A DNA stretch of 64,000 nucleotides from Acanthaster planci (Eukaryota), in NCBI RefSeq assembly GCF_001949145.1, contig NW_019091358.1, forward strand, positions 1,932,240 through 1,996,239, read 5' to 3'. The position numbers were made by a program, and so were the translations under genes. Under the pieces are notes generated by a model. The model made no database searches, was not told the origin of the DNA, and was given only the letters and a program-made list of their open reading frames with translations. How positions within the stretch are numbered: position 1 is the stretch's first letter; every line of letters begins with the position of its first letter. Positions 25,643 to 38,811 of this stretch are shown one piece after another.

Positions 25643-28600
25643 CTAGGAGAGAAATGAGACGACCTTGTCATTATATTTACAATTTGTCAGAACACAGATA
25701 GAGAAGAGCAAACATGTTTTTTTAAAGAAAGCTCAGGATGTCAACCTTCTCGCAGTTCATTCGTGGTGATTCTAAAGCCGGGTAAGCAAGGACTCCAACT
25801 TTGGTGATACATCCCTTACACTGTAACTTGTGATACAAAGGCCACGCCCACATTTCCGTTACCAAAACGTCAGAAGTTTTCGCGAGATGACCTAAAGTTT
25901 CACGGCACTAATAGACCTATTTGCAGACAGTATCATGCATTTGTCACACTTAACTCAAAGTACTTATTACTGATACTATTTCTTTTAACTTAAAAAGCAA
26001 TTGGTATTCTAACCTATTAAGGGAATAACATCCGACGTTGGAGGCATGGTCTCTGCTACTAGCAACAAGAACACTGTAAGGGATAGCAGGATGGTGATAC
26101 ACAGTGTCACCTTCTCCCCGGCATCAGCTGGCAGATAGAAGCTCAACATGGTCAGAGCCGACACCAGCATGCACGGCACCAACATGTTGAAGACGTAGAA
26201 CAGCGACCGGCGCTGGACAATGATGGTGAAGTGCAGCAGGCTGTACGGGTACTTGCAGCAGTTGTACTTGATGAGCTTGCGCTCCAGCGGCATGCCCTTG
26301 AGTACCCACTCGCCGTTGTGGATGAAGCTTGCAATGTCCCCGGCGTCGGTGCGGTTCACCAAGTCCAGGTGGTTGGTAGTGAAGGCCCAGGAGCCCAGCT
26401 CCAGCTTGCAGCGCTGCTCGTCGAAGGGGAAAAACCTGATTTTGATCTTGCAGGAGGACTTGAAGATAGCGGGAGCGTACCAAGATACTTGCCCGTTATC
26501 TTCGATCTCGGCATTAGTTTTCATGATGCCTTCAAACTTGTCATCAGCTCTGTAAGAACGTGAAGAACGTTTCAAGACAAGAAATTTAAACATATAGGAG
26601 TCCGTTTGCAAGCCATGAGAATTATAATAAGAAGAAAACCTTGGACTACAAAGTTAGATGGAAAACTGTGAATAAAATACAACGGTTAAATATTCTTGCA
26701 CTAGCCACACAAGTTCTTAACAACACCTTGTAAGAGCATGAACATGACTTATTAATGACTCATAAACTTTAATTAACTTTACTAATTAAATATTAGGGAT
26801 CAAGTTGGGGTAGGGTTCAGGCAAAGAGTTTCAAAAACTCTGCGTAAGACGGCTGAATGATCCATTTCGTTTGATAACTTTTTCTTACGCTACAAACCGA
26901 TGGAAGTACCAGCACATTATATCAATGAACTTCCATACATGCGACTTCATTAAGGTACGGCTAAAGTTTAGATTACACCATGAGCATTATAACCACAGAG
27001 TCTTTTGGGGGAAGATGTTAAACTGCCCTAACGTCACAGTATTTGTCTGGTTTTCAAAAAAAATTTTGCCGATTTTCCTATCGCAACAGGCTGGATAAGA
27101 CCAATTTATAATTTTCTACTGTCTACTCGTCATGATCTAAAATGCACTGTTTAATGTGCTTTTCCCCCAAACAGACTAAAAAAGGCGGCTTCAAAATGGC
27201 TTTGCCGCAAAGAACAAAGGTCCAACCATATTTTGAGTTTTTACAGAAACACGATGTGAAAGGGACCTTTACAGCACAAATTCTGCACAAAAGGACGCTA
27301 TTGAAATTGAAATCTGATTCAAAACAATCACATGATCCCTACAGGGGAATTTCACACATCTGTCACTGACGTCTCTCTCTCGACATCGCGATGGATCCGT
27401 AATACCCGGGTACCGATTACGAACGCGCCTCGAGTGCAGGTGCCACGCTGATCTCGTCCTCTTAAAGGGCCGTGTAATATCGAGCTCACAGGTCGGATTT
27501 CCGCCCAGTCGGAGCGGCATTTTCAGGCATTTGCGATCTCGCTGAGTTTTGAAGGCTTAACTGGGAGATCTAGTTACCAGTCCTTTTTCGTGGGGATATT
27601 TTTTTTCAGGTTATATAAATAAAAGAGGCTAATCGTGCAAGTGAAATACGACGCGTGAATTTACATCAAACGGTATCAGCTAAATGGCGCAAAGAAAACC
27701 GTAAACAAACATTGTGAATAGAGAAAAATTACACGAAATACATTGTATGTGAAAAAAATTTAATGTGTGATTGCTGTAACCCAAGTTTACCAGTTAAATA
27801 TCTTGCCAACATAACTTTGGAAATCTAAATGCACTTAATCAAATCTGGGCTTGAAATATGTCTCCTTTAAGGTGTTAGGCGCGTCAAACCCTATCAAGTG
27901 AAACTAAACTCGAACGTCTTTTCAATTACTTCTAACATAAATGCTAGATCCAGGCGGTGTCTGCTCGGAGAGGGTCGAACTGTGGTAATTAATTATAAAC
28001 CAAGATATTTGAAATAAGACCACACATTTCATATAGAAAGCCACACTGCAGGCCCTGGACTACAGACTCACATATTGTACAAGACAATGTCTGGTTTCCA
28101 GATGTCTGTCGAAGGGAGGGTTATCTTCTTGATGCCGTCAAAATCCTCCGAGTTCCAACGTAGACTGGCATCAGTCCAGTGCTGAAAATAAAACGCCGAT
28201 GTAGTCAAACGCATTATTCATTAGACAAGTACTTGAAAGCACGGAAACTGTTGACGCCCCCGACCAATAGCACATCGGCTCTGCAAACAATAGAGTGTTT
28301 GGGATTGCCTCGCTGGGCAAAAATTGGCTAATTGTGTGTGTATTGGACAGACGTGGACTGTCTAACGAGAACATGGGACTTTATTTTAATAACTGCCTCT
28401 TGAGAAATGTGTTTTACAACAGAATTGCCTTCGATGCGCGGGTCTGATTGACAGGACTGAAAGCCGGTAGGCCTAACATTTACATGCAGCGTGCTTAAAT
28501 TGCAATCATTCTACAGTCTGCTGACTGAATCATGTCTCCTACCTAATTTCTAGGTAATATTTCAATAAGCCTTTTGCGACTGATTTTTAAATAAAATCTG

Positions 28601-31600
28601 GTACACTGAATTTTTTTAAAATTCCTTTGAACACAACTATTTCAATTTTCCATACTAAAACTACTGTTACTATGCCTCGAGACTGGAGGAGAGCTTTTGC
28701 TTAGTTACGTAAGAGGCGCCTTGCACTTTGTTTTCAATGGATATGAAGGGCACAACAGAACCAGTCCATTCCTGAGATGGTGGTCGCCATGCAAAATCCT
28801 GCCCCGAATCACGAGGTAGTGATTTGAGGAAATTCAAATTGTTATATTTATGCGCCGTGTATCAGATTTTACTCAAATTTAACTCACAAAAGGCTCATTA
28901 CAACTCACCACCATTCTACCTTCTTACAAGATACAGAAGAAAACCAGCAACATGCATTTTACACAGCCATGCAATTTCTGTGAGGCATTCTTCGTTAAAC
29001 TACTCACTAAATTCATGCTTTAGATTTTTCCTGACGGACATAAAATGTCATCTAAAGCAACCTCGCTAATTATCATCATCAAAATTGAAGTCAGAATTTT
29101 ACAATTGCCGCACAATTTCTGTGTCAAAAAGGGCCGGCCGCAGCGTCCATGATTTCACACATTGGTAATTCAAGGCTCATGAAGTGACATCCACGAAAAA
29201 AAAATTCTCCTGCTCAGGTCTACAAAACTTTAACATCTCTGAGGTCATTCCCTGACAACGGCCCCGGGCTGTTCCCGTTCAGTCCGTCTACGCTGTCAGC
29301 CGACAATCTCTCAGCATTTTCCCAGAACATAACTTGATCTGCATCTTCCTCTGGCCCCCTCGTTCAAGATTTTCCTGTGCTGACCCAAGCAATGATTTTG
29401 AATCTTTACCTCCAGTTTTATGACCTGAATTTGCCATCATTTCGTGATTGATAAGAAGCCCAAGCCACAACAATATTCCATCCGTAACCATAGGCCTACC
29501 TGAGCCTGGCGTACGGATTCCTTCCAGTTCGATTTCACATGTATTTTTTTGTGACCGAAACCCTCTCGTCAAAGTGCACATACGAGCGAAGATTTGACGG
29601 TTGTGCTTCTTTTAGGATAACCTTCCTCACACTTCTAAAATGATTTCCGAGTAGATGACGGTCTGTATATGGTCATTTATGCACTTCACGAGCTTAATGT
29701 TTTCATAGAATAGCTCTAGCCCAACGAAATGCGCATCGAACAAGTCCACAGGGAGTTCTTTGCAGGTCGATCCCCCTTTTTTACCCATAACCAAGAGAAG
29801 AAAATGTAAAAAAAAAATGCTGTGTATTTTTTTGCTTAATTTTTGCTGGTAAAGCTGACGAAGTTCATTTCAAGACAGACATTTGGACGACTGTTTCATA
29901 AAAACATGTTGAAAATGTCATTGTCCCAGAAAAGTAAATCGCTTTTCTTGAAAGCGTGCAGATATACCGTTTCAATTCCAGTATCCTTGTAAGGGAATCC
30001 TAAAGCCTGACTGTAAAAGGCTAAATTGAATGACAAAGCTGTATGGAGCTTTACAATATTGCTTCTCAACAATTCAAAACGCATAAAGCTGCTAAGGGGG
30101 CAGCGCAACGGTAAAAACTGACTGATAGAGGCTCGATCGAAATGCCGCAGGTTTTTAATTAACTACCGTCAATTTCTCCTGACCACGTTTCCACTTCTGT
30201 TCTCAGTCTAGATTGATTCTGTCAACTATGATGGTTGTTCAAATTGATCACAATATTCACACATAGGAGGCCTTCTCAAGAGGAGAATATGCCGCCCGTT
30301 TTCGCACTCTTTCTTCATTCGTGGACTGCTGGCCGAGTCATCAAATAAAACCAATGTGCGAGCGGGTACTTCAGATGGAAGGGCCCCCGAGACTTTGGGA
30401 ATATTATTTTCGAAATGGTTCTAAGACTATGACATTTAAAATAGCACACACAATTCTGAATCATCAGGAAACCTTCCTGTAAGTCTAATTACTAGAATAA
30501 ACAATCTCTGGTAATTCACATATCAATGACCTTATTAATGCACCACATTATTTGAGAAAGACACAATATTTACCTGTCTCAGCCACACGTTTGTAGTAAG
30601 TATCTGGTTCCGCTCGTCCTGTAGAAAGTAGGGCAAGGCAATTAAAAGCCATTAGAACTGTTTCCTATAGGATCTAATCCAGCAGAGGTTGGCTCTGGAC
30701 TCTCCGTCTCGGCGGGAAGGGTTTGGGGAGGGGCTGAATTCATTTCTTGTCTTTTACATTTCATACTTCACATACGCCACACCGCAGTGAACTCCGGGAA
30801 CCAACGATTCCCTTCGTGCCATTCTTTTTCAGAGAACAACATTTTCCGCTTACAGAAAACACAACTATGGGCCTGTCACAATCAATTTGATTTTTTTCCT
30901 CAGACCTTCTTTCAACTTCGCCCTCCACAGAGTGAGACCTTTCTGGTATACACGTAAAACTGTATCTTTCAAATGGCCTGTCCCGAGTGTAGGATCAGTT
31001 TATGTAATGTATTCATGTTGTAAATATTTTTTCCCTCTATTTTAGGAACTGAATGCGCCACACGGCGCAAAAGGAATTACAAGTACTATCTTTCTTAGTG
31101 GAGAGGATTATATTACGGATGAAAAAACAAACTAGATAATCTTTTTAGGAAGAAAAATGCCGTTTATTATTTTTGCAGTATCTTTCCTTTGAGAGGAGCA
31201 AGATACTCCATGAAACATGCTACATAAATGGATGTTGAACCCTTCTTCATGCGCGTTTCGGGCGTTTCAGGGTAAAGCAGCACCTGCTGACTTTACACAG
31301 GATTTGAGGGAGATTTGTGTATACATTTTGTCAAAAGTAACACAATGAACGATTTCACTTTTACTCAAACATTTCCCTCGCAAATGCTCCCAAAATTCTC
31401 TGAGTGCCAAAACACGTCCTTATTGATATTATCTCATCCTCATCCCGCTGACAGCAATAAAGAATTGGAAATTCATTCATACGAGAAAAAGAGGTGCCTT
31501 GGGTGTGAGGCTATCATTCGCATGCGTTGCACAAAATGTTACTTAACGAACGTGAACGTGGCAGTTTCTGTCATTGTCGATGCTGATGATTCACAGAATG

Positions 31601-34600
31601 TTGAGAATATTCCTGGTTATTGCCCTTCTTACAATCACGAACGAGAGAGCAACAGAAACGGGCGATATAATAAAGACGCAGACAGGCCATCTTGTGGAAA
31701 TGTCAAGTGAGGCATTCGGGGCAAGTTTTCAGCGAGGAGTGATTAACAACAGCGGATTGATAGATAGGACTGCAAAGATAGGTGATTCTTGGCCTGCAAA
31801 ACGGGCTAACGGGAGCGGGACGGGATAATGCAGGCAACGGGGCCTGAGTGGCCTTCATCTCCCGCTTAGTATGCACTCTTCGGCTGGTAAATCCATCACT
31901 TCCTAATCCACACTGCTAAGAACAGCAGTCGCAATCTTGTAAAGTGCCAGTTCTTCTTGTCTTCATCGTTACCCTTTCCTTTCTCTGCCTCTCTCCCCCT
32001 CTCTTCGCGGTCCCCGATATGCTTTCTTTAATCATGGAGCGCACTGCTGGAGGCGGTAATTCGAGGTTTATTTGCCGTGGAAAGGATGGCGTGGGGTGAC
32101 GTCAAATGTTTCAGATACATTGCCTTGCTGGAGTTTGATTCGATCGGGGTTTTTCCCCGTCGCCTCGTGCCGCGCAGACAGGTTACTGATCGGTGTGTTG
32201 GCGGCTCGTGTTGGGCTTCGTATTGGCGAGCAGTGAATAGCCTACAACCCAACGGAAAATATGCGCATTTTCAGTTGCCGTCAGGGGTGTTGTTGTGTTT
32301 AGCTTATACCTCGCCTCTCGCGATGTTGCAACACTTCCATCAGAAAAATTCCGCAGACGAAGTGTTGACTTTATTCATCAGAAGGTAAATTTACCGCACA
32401 AATCCGCCAGCGAAGATGCCATGGGCTATTCACAAAGCCCACGGTTTCAGATTGGCTGTAGTGCCTTGCGTTTTCAATCAAGCATTGCACGATAAGAATT
32501 TCACTAAAATGCTTTTATAAGAAGGAAGAAAAACGGGAAACGAAAAGATTCTAATAAGCTGCATTGGGGAAATATTTTAAATAGGAGTTAAAACTATGTA
32601 ATTAAAATGATAAAGGTGCGGAGAAACATCAATGAAGGATCAGATTGAAGGGGGGGGGGACGTGATGACAGGATATGGGAAAATATAAAGGAAGAATACC
32701 CACAGGTCTCACTGCATGTCCGCTCCGCCCGCGATGGGTATTACCCTTTAGGAGAAATGAATCGGCGGTAATTTGCCTCCAACAAATATGTCGGTTCACG
32801 GGGAAATTGCTGCATTTTGATCCCAAGTACAATAATTGCAGCGTCTGTAGTATGGCTTCAGACATCGCTTTATATTGGCGGTGAATTCTTGCGTTGGTTT
32901 TCTTTTCATCCGTCTGGGCCTACCTCGGTCTTCCTCAGGGGAATTGCACTGTAGGTCGCTTACCTCAGAATTATAAGGGCCCTTATTAAGCAGGAGAGGA
33001 TAAGAGTCGCTTTCTCTGCGTAGCTGGCATAAATAAAACCTCTGAGACTAGTTCCATACAGCAACAGAATATGTAGTTCTTTCTGGCATTATTATTCCAA
33101 ACTAATTACCAAAGTTTACGAACAAAAGTACTCTCAGTGCTCTGAATAGCACGGCCTAGTTATTACTTAAATTGGCATAGCAATGGCAGAGGATAATTTT
33201 ATTGCATGACCAATCGAGTTCTGTTTGAAAGTAACTGAGTATTTCGCCTTTCCACAACCACCTGCACAATGGGACGCGTGGGTTATTCTTGCAAGGAAGT
33301 AAGTCAACTCTAGGGAAAGGAAAAGGTCTAATGTGTCCCCTTCAGGGATGTAGGTATGGGTATTCCTCCTACACTGTTCCAGCCCGAGACTTCCAACACT
33401 GCTTCCGGCTGAGATGGTGAAGTGCACCACATGTCTAAGGGATTACATCAAGCTCAGTGCCAAAGCAGATAATTCCGACTGACCAGCCTACGAGTGCACT
33501 TATTAGGCCCATTTCACTGACTCAGCACAGTGCCATTTCTTCTCATTTAGTAATCCTCTTTGGCCGGCTACTCATTTCCTCGGGGGATTTGATTGGAGAC
33601 GGTGCGGCCACATAGAGTCGAACTAAAATTTAAAGGGCCTCTCAGATGGTCAGAGTTAAGCAAGCTTTTGCCACTTTAATTCTAAGAAACAATTGGATAA
33701 AACGGTAAATGAAAGAGTTAACCGAATACGGCATGCCAAGCAAACTCTTACATTTACACTCAAACCAGAAATACGCTCGCTATGCAAAGCTACCCTTGGT
33801 CCACAATACAAAGTAGCGCCAAAGTAGAAGAATCAAAAGCATGACTACTATTGTAATCGGCAAAGGTACGCCCGTAAGTCTGAATATAACGCCGAGGAAA
33901 GGTATGAAAACATACCTAGCCAGACTCTGATTGCTGAGCACGTACTTTACCTGAGCAGTGACTTTGCAAATCCCCTAGTTTCCAAACCTGTTAATTATCG
34001 CCCTGTCTCCTGTCTTATGCACTATTAGTTGAAATAGTCCTGTAGGGATATAAGCAATTCATAGGGTCTGCGTGAACAGTCCCATAGGGACTCTTCCATA
34101 TTTGTTACTGCCTGGAATCCATTACCACGGTCTCTACAAATGGGCTCCAAAAAGCTTCCTCCATATTGGGCTGTTAAGACATTTATTCTAAAATGAAGTG
34201 TTTACCATATCGATGATTTGTTGAAGGGCGACACCATATCTTACAACGATAGGATCTGTGGGTGATTCAGCGGGCCGCACCACTTTGGAATAGTTCTGCA
34301 TCAGAGTGGTCACCAGACGATATGTTCCTGTTGCACATAACACACCTAAAAAGGCGACATTGTGAAAGGAGTAAAGGGTAACGGATACAGTGATACAGGG
34401 CGTTAGATACGAAGCATTTTTATCTGGACTTAGCTCACGAGAAAGGGCCCACTCTACAATGTGATTCTCTCCTGACGCAGGCTAAGACATATGGACTTAT
34501 CGAAAACCAAATTGGAAGGTCCAAAGATTAATTATTAATTATGTTAAGGTAGGCCGTTTTCGCGTAAATTGATAATCTCCACGTTGCTCAAGCCATATCC

Positions 34601-37600
34601 TCATGTTCTTTTTCTCATTCTCTATAATTTGAATGCAGAATAGCAAAGGAATCGGGATGACACTTGCGATGAGGTCAATCTGGAAAGGGCATGGCTGACA
34701 GTCCTGATTATGCCCATCTCCTTTGGAATCATTTCGCGATTGCGCAGGTTGAGTAGAAATACCCCGCCAATACGATCGGTGATGGTGCGATTTCCCTGCA
34801 TAGTGAGTCACCCATGACACCAATGAGGAATTGACAGCAATATGAGGTTGTCCCTCTGCTGTATAGGTTTTCCCGACCACTTTCGGAAAATGCGCGATCT
34901 ATTTTGTAAAATAGAATTTCAATTTAGCGTAGATTTTGAAAACAACTTAAAACCTGGTTTCATTTTCGCAGTGACAAGCATTGAACTTCATTTTACATCC
35001 TTCAAATAAATGAATGTGCATTACGTTTCATTAATGAGATTTCTGATTGACGTATTCCTTGCTAATTACAACAAATGTGCGTTCCTATTTGCTAACAATC
35101 TGTCTGTTACCGTGCCCCTAGGAAGTGGGTTTTCATTTCCATTTGCTGTAATTTAAAATCGCAAAATATACGTTCAATTTCATTAGAGTATACAAGGTTA
35201 CACAAATCATGGCACCACTTTGATAATAGATGTCATGTTACTCATTTATAGTGTGTTTGTTAAACTTAACAAAAATTTAGGTTTCGTGATTGAAACGCAG
35301 CACAAGAAGGAGGGTTCCCTCAGCGCCGGTGTTTATAGGTTCCCTACAATAGCCGTTAGTTTCCAATTAGAGCACGAATGTTTTATATTCAAATATTTAA
35401 CCAATGAACTAAACACTTCCAAGAATGTAACTTCTATTGGCACACAAACGCATTCTAATTCTTGACCAGGCATACGTTAAATTACACTGCACATTCGAGT
35501 TTTCCGAAACAGATTGAGTTCAGATAAAGACAAATGCAGCATTGCTGAGGTGCATTCAATATCGTGCAAAAATATCAGGAAAATGAACGCTGACTCTATA
35601 CGACTGAATGCACCCTCCTTGAGATAGAATTTTCATTTGTTAGATAGAAACAGGGATTTGAAAGTTCGTTCTATACCGCTCAAAAACGAATGCTGCTATT
35701 TATAATTCATTTCCAAATTTTCCGAAATTGGCTGGGGAAAACCTACATTAAAGCTGACAAATAACAAGACTCATAAGACTAGACTTATTGAAATCGACCG
35801 GCGCAAGGAGACGCCGCAGCTGACACGTCGTGATAATAAATGATCGTGGCTGCTCTTTCAGTCAGTTATGCAACATAAATCATGCCATTATGCGATTTGT
35901 TTGAGACAAACCTGCCAGGTTTAGATGAAATTTATATCCAGTGATACATTTTGAGAATTTCCATATTTTTACGTTAATGGAAATAGCAAGCCATTTTCAT
36001 TAGATGAACCGGCCCTCGAGCCACGGTTGTGTGGGTGAAACGTGTTCTTCATACCAACGCTAAATTGCTTCGAAACTCACAAGCTTGACAAACCCTCCTT
36101 TTGTCAGTAATCTGAGGCAATATTAATAAGGAAACCATCAAGACCGTCAGACGTTCCCAAGAGACATTTGCGAAGAGTAACGGCAATAGCAATTTTCTTC
36201 CAATTATAATGTCCTAAATTCACTTTTTCTTCGCGCTGAAATAAAATTGTGGAATTTTTTCCCATAGATTTCAGAACCCCCATTTTGGCCTTACCGTGCT
36301 TTGCAGCAAAGACAGATGGCAAAGAAACGATGTCGCATGTGACCCATTTATAATTAAATTCACTTTAACTACTCACAGTGCTGAATTCTGGACAGTTTTT
36401 AAGGTTCCAATGGGAACAAGTTCAAGGCCTATAGCCTGTATAACTTGATACAGGATCCAGTGGTGCAAAAATAAAACACGGGACAAGTGAACACTGTGCA
36501 TATCTGGAAACACATAAAGTGCAGACACTCTTGTACACATGCAGTACATATCAGTACATAATACAGATGTCAGACGTCATGCATAAATTACTGGGCTTTC
36601 TGTTGGAGAATCATAACTGTATAGTGCATTTAGCATGGTTTAATGCAAAGGAGAAAATGCTTTTTTGGAGTACTGTTCCATTGTTTCCTTCATTTCTTTG
36701 AATGATCGCAAACTGAGTTTTAGCAGTTATATTTGTAATAATGAAAACCTTCATTGACAGTGACTTATTCAATATTTAGATCAATATCTAAAGTCGGGAC
36801 AACCTGAGAACCCCCCCAATAACACAATTTAAAAGATGTACACACCATAACAATACGAAACGGGGGAAAACACAATTACAAAAAGGAAGATAGAGTGGTT
36901 TAAGGTTAGTGTGAAACATTCCACATGCTGTTATGCGTTTGCACTGTGTTGACATGCACATACCTTCTTCAAAGATTGAGAAAAATGTCACTAATTTAAA
37001 AAAAAATGTTTTGAAGAGTCTTAAGACATTGTCTGATCGACGTAATTCAACCTTACAGCAAAACGTAACTACCAACTAAACAAGAGAGAACACTGTCACG
37101 AGCCCAATACTGGCTTCACATGATTTCGAATTTCATAGTTTATTTGTCAGAGTGAGAGGGGTGAATGGGTGATATCTAATGTCTAAATGAATTGTTTTTC
37201 AACAAGCTTGGAGTGCGCAGATTGATATGGAAATGAAGACAGATTTTGGAGAACAGAAAAGAGAGAGAGGACTAGAAGCGTTTTGAGGAACTTACAGCCA
37301 TAGGAAGTCGTCGTGGTGTAGTTAGCTTATGAATGACGGGGGATATAAGAGTATATATACATGTTAGAATTTGAAGTTAGTAGTAGAATGGTGTTGATAT
37401 GGAAAAGCAAACAAAATACAGTGCTTTTAATGTAATAAGGTGCGAAGAAAAGAAGAGTTGTCATCTCAAATGCATGGATATTATCACGTGAAGAGGAGTT
37501 AGATATCACATTAACATGACACAGGCACGGCCAGATTTATTTCATTCTAACTTTGAAAACATTGAAATCCACGGTAGCTGATCTCTGCTAAGAACGGTTT

Positions 37601-38811
37601 GCTTTCCATTATGTCGTTAAAGTGCTCTAATTTCAGGCGTTATAATGCCCTATTATGCGGGTAATCACGACCTATAAAAGCACAGCTGTTATAACGCATA
37701 AACGGACGGGCGTTATAACGCCCTAGCTGTACGGCGTTATAACGCCTTTAACGTACGTCATCATAACCCCCCTCTTAAGGCATCATAACGCCCTGAGTTT
37801 ATGGCCTTAAAACACAGTTACAAAGCCTACCAACGCTGTGAACTTAGGGCTTTATAACGCTGTATTAGGGAGTTATTACACCGTAAGCGTAGGAAATTAA
37901 AGTGCCGTAAATATAATAGGCATAATGAAGAAACTGTCGAAACTGAAGAAACTTGGCAAAAATCAGCTGCCGTTGAGATCAAATAGCCAATCAAAGTTAC
38001 TTCGCTGTCTGATGCAGCAACACAGTGTTTCTAATCTTGAATTTCAATCATGTTAAAATGTTACAAAGGCGGTGTGTCACAAAACGTAAAGCATTCCTTT
38101 TGGAAATGGAACATTCTCAATTTATCTCGTTTGATTCTGGTACAATCATGTTGCATGTATCAAGTAAATGCAAGCAAGAATCAAAGAGTGTGTTAAAAGA
38201 TCAAAAGGAAAAAAAATAAGTGAATATGGCAAAACAAAGTTTAGTGAGATGAAAGGTGATAATAACTTAAGGTGATAAATGGACAAGTGCAAAAAGTGCG
38301 ATATAAATGGCACTGTACGATGTGGGTAAACACAAAACACTTCCAAGCACGACATTTAATCATACACACAAACACTAAATGAGTAGAGATATACCCAAAA
38401 TACAATAGATGTATCGTTGGATCTAATATAATGCAAATAACTCAGTGAACTGCAGAATTAAAAAAAGCCAATGACTTGTGTCATGGGAAAATGTTCTAGA
38501 ACGCATGTTGCAACACTTCACTCAAATTAGAAGGACATGATGGAGGAATTCACTCTTCAGCTCGGTCAGTCAGTACCATAGTTTTCTCAGAACAGTGAAT
38601 CTCAAGAGTGGTCGGAGATTTAGCGACAGTCTGAGATGTCATTGTGTATTCACTTTTACAGAGACTAACAAAAAAGAAAAAAAAAATATATAAACGTTAG
38701 TGTACCGCATAATTACTTCGGGAAAGAAACACCGCTATTCATCATCTTACCTTGAATGACGTTGAAAAACAGGAGGAAAGCAAGAACACAGTGAGTGGTA
38801 AACCTGTCCAT
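25104..38811 (-). CDS. CHRNA9/CHRNA10-like: Gene A: nicotinic acetylcholine receptor alpha subunit, alpha9/alpha10-like, complete, 476 aa
   Basis: complement(join(25104..25642,26014..26549,28072..28181,30574..30618,34206..34345,38751..38811)) = 1431 nt, all introns GT-AG, frame continuous. Contains a signal peptide, WKPDIVLYN, Cys-loop [18 protein letters not shown], loop C YNCCKYPY (vicinal Cys, so alpha), GEK-M2 and four TM segments. The symbol is a family label, not proven orthology. Confidence 0.93.
26014..26549 (-). CDS. Gene A exon 5 (536 bp; Cys-loop, loops B and C, M1, M2 up to PLI)
   Basis: Within track ORF 26009..26611; ttacag acceptor, G|GTTAG donor. Confidence 0.97.
28072..28181 (-). 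CDS. Gene A exon 4 (110 bp; [36 protein letters not shown])
   Basis: Typical 110-bp exon, ttttcag acceptor and GTGAGT donor. Confidence 0.95.
30574..30618 (-). CDS. Gene A exon 3 (45 bp; [15 protein letters not shown])
   Basis: Typical 45-bp nAChR exon, ctacag acceptor and GTAAAT donor. Confidence 0.95.
34206..34345 (-). CDS. Gene A exon 2 (140 bp; [46 protein letters not shown])
   Basis: tttttag acceptor, GTAAA donor, NY...VRP and QIID motifs of nAChRs. Confidence 0.93.
37635..37885. repeat. Degenerate tandem array of the palindrome GGCGTTATAACGCC in gene A intron 1
   Basis: GGGCGTTATAACGCCC, GGCGTTATAACGCC and variants recur every ~20-25 bp. Confidence 0.8.
38751..38811 (-). CDS. Gene A exon 1 (signal peptide [21 protein letters not shown])
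   Basis: ATG at 38811, hydrophobic core, strong phase-1 donor AAG|GTAAGA matching the phase of exon 2. Confidence 0.8.

Noticed and set aside
26124..26563. Overlapping and antisense ORFs over gene A exon 5 (also 25435..25671, 59266..59499, 59559..59807)
   Set aside because: Shadow ORFs caused by high GC3 in the real exons.
33951..33987. AG/GT-flanked 37-bp candidate cassette exon in gene A intron 2
   Set aside because: No polypyrimidine tract, frameshifting, and no nAChR similarity; unsupported without RNA data.
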